NCBI GenBank assembly: GCA_002633005.1
Contig: NMRA01000070.1
Span: 991,039 to 1,055,038, forward strand
Source of the DNA: Phoronis australis
Taxonomy: Eukaryota > Animalia > Phoronida
Length of the DNA: 64,000 nucleotides
Reading direction: 5' to 3'
Below, piece after piece: positions 62,504-64,000 of the stretch (position 1 is its first letter; every line of letters begins with the position of its first letter). The position numbers and the translations under genes are program-made. A model generated the notes under the pieces. That model was not told where the DNA came from and ran no database searches. It saw nothing but the letters and a program-made list of their open reading frames with translations.

Positions 62504-64000
62504 GGTTAGCAGACGACGTACTTGCCGGAAATAACACCAGATAATTTGTCAGGTGACGCTAGTGAATAAGGACGTAAAGGTTTGTGCGAAACAGCACAGA
62601 TTTCGTCCATTGAAAGTATACTGAGTTGGAGGTCCATGTACTATAGTCTGTGATTTCACGTAACTTCCTCAAAATGGCGCCCGGTTAGAGAAACTCGACC
62701 GAAACGCGAGGTTTTCATGGATATGTTGAAGTTATTTGTTGACTAAATTGTATCCAAAGTCATGGTATGTGTTAATTATAACACCATGTGTACATATGCA
62801 GTTTCACTTGATTTTATATTTGCTGTATTTTGAGACGAGTAAATTTTTATGGGGATATATCACCCCTGTATGCCTGCGGCATTCAGGCCTAGCAGGGGTC
62901 GAATTCCAATTTCAGTCCGTTCACCGCTTCTTACAACATAACGAGTTCACCTTTTCTTTGTCCATTCACAGTTATTACACCATCCATCTACCATCTGTTA
63001 AGTTGTGTTAAGGTTTTTAGAGTAAAATTCTCCCTAAGAAATCCAGTAAGATTTAGCGTGTGGAGCAAAGACTAGGGGCAAAGCAAGAGCAATATGGCGG
63101 GTTTTCCCTACTTTCGGTGACGGACGCCACTGGAAACTCACAAGTGAGATATTCATGGACATGTGAAAGAGTTTACGCCATGACCACGTGTCTCAAAAAG
63201 AAATTTATTAATTCATCTTAAGAGATTTAATAGCTTTAGTAGACATGTTGCTAAGAAATGAGCAAAATTTCTGTTATCGGGGTTGTACACTGTACCAGGA
63301 AGAGATAACCAGGAAGGGACAACTAGCTAAACCGCCGTTTTTGGCCTCCTTCCCCGGACTAATTTGAGGACTTAAGTTTCGTTTAAAAGGAAACAGATGA
63401 TTTTATCAGAGAGATTAAAGCTTTTCCTATAGAAGGATATCAAAAAACTCACTTTTCAACCTTAAAAAGTGGTGTAATTGTACTTTGAAAATATCGACTT
63501 CAGCGCACGCAATCGCAATTTCCCACACGCAGTCACGGGTATTTAAGCTTTTCCGTCGATGTATAGATGGCGCAGTAGTCAAGTACTCCCTCATTTGCAT
63601 ATCAAATTTGCATGTGGGAGTTCTGAGACTCTCGTCAGTTAAGTTGTTGTCGAGCGCTCGAGTGCATAAAGCGGTGACCTCCCGCTGAGAGCACGCGCTG
63701 ATGAAGAGACCACAGCTAACTCGATCGCTTCGCAATCAGGAGGTGAAAACACTCTCATGACCGCAGTTCTGAATTCCAGCTAAGCAAGCCCTATTTCGAG
63801 GAGCGGATTTGAATTGTTTTCGTCCCCAGACTGTGGATTGCAGAGAAGATTAGAATGAGGTCAACATCGAACTTTCAGCGGCTACCTATCGTGTTGAAAG
63901 TTTGAAGTGTCAGAACCATAGACGGAGCGCGCGGGATGTCTATGATTCCTGTTCTTCTTCAGTTGGCGAAAACATTGCTATCGGCATAAAGAATGACCGT

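Larger units (their letters stand above)
55695..62652 (-). mobile_element. Non-autonomous P-element-like transposon, copy B, with a 7-bp TSD
   Basis: Termini CATTGATTATAG / CTATAGTCTGTG, ATTTCAC duplicated at 55688-94 and 62653-59, and a THAP remnant at 62370-62503. The empty site is seen at ~34045. Confidence 0.85.

Noticed and set aside
12724-63120. One giant ~50-kb element (Polinton- or foldback-like) bounded by the inverted 12.7-17 kb and 55.7-62.7 kb arms
   Set aside because: Copy B has its own TIRs and TSD, the copies are diverged with independent insertions, and there are no polB, integrase or capsid genes between them.

Overview
AT-rich eukaryotic genomic DNA, most likely from a marine invertebrate (inferred from the gene and repeat types). 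It has spliced genes, dense transposon nesting, and no prokaryotic operons or CRISPR arrays. Four host coding segments are supported: the first coding exon of an SLC22 organic-cation-transporter gene (minus strand, continuing off the left edge), a secreted MACPF pore-forming protein resembling sea-anemone PsTX-60/AvTX-60 toxins, a PHYHIP C-terminal-domain exon with an acidic tail, and an orphan type II membrane DxD (GT-A-like) glycosyltransferase. Most of the rest is mobile DNA. This includes two inverted copies of a non-autonomous THAP-bearing P-like element (12.7-17.1 kb and 55.7-62.7 kb), two L1/Tx1 LINEs (one with a 16-bp TSD inside the P-like element), Kolobok-like elements, a Penelope GIY-YIG remnant with a degenerate hammerhead, Helentron/DINE-like elements carrying CTCF-like motif arrays, and Harbinger, hAT, MULE and TcMar-like MITEs. 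Empty-site copies within the window allow a three-level nesting history to be reconstructed. The 8-mer TACATGTA is strongly over-represented. All family assignments come from motif recognition by eye, with no database searches.
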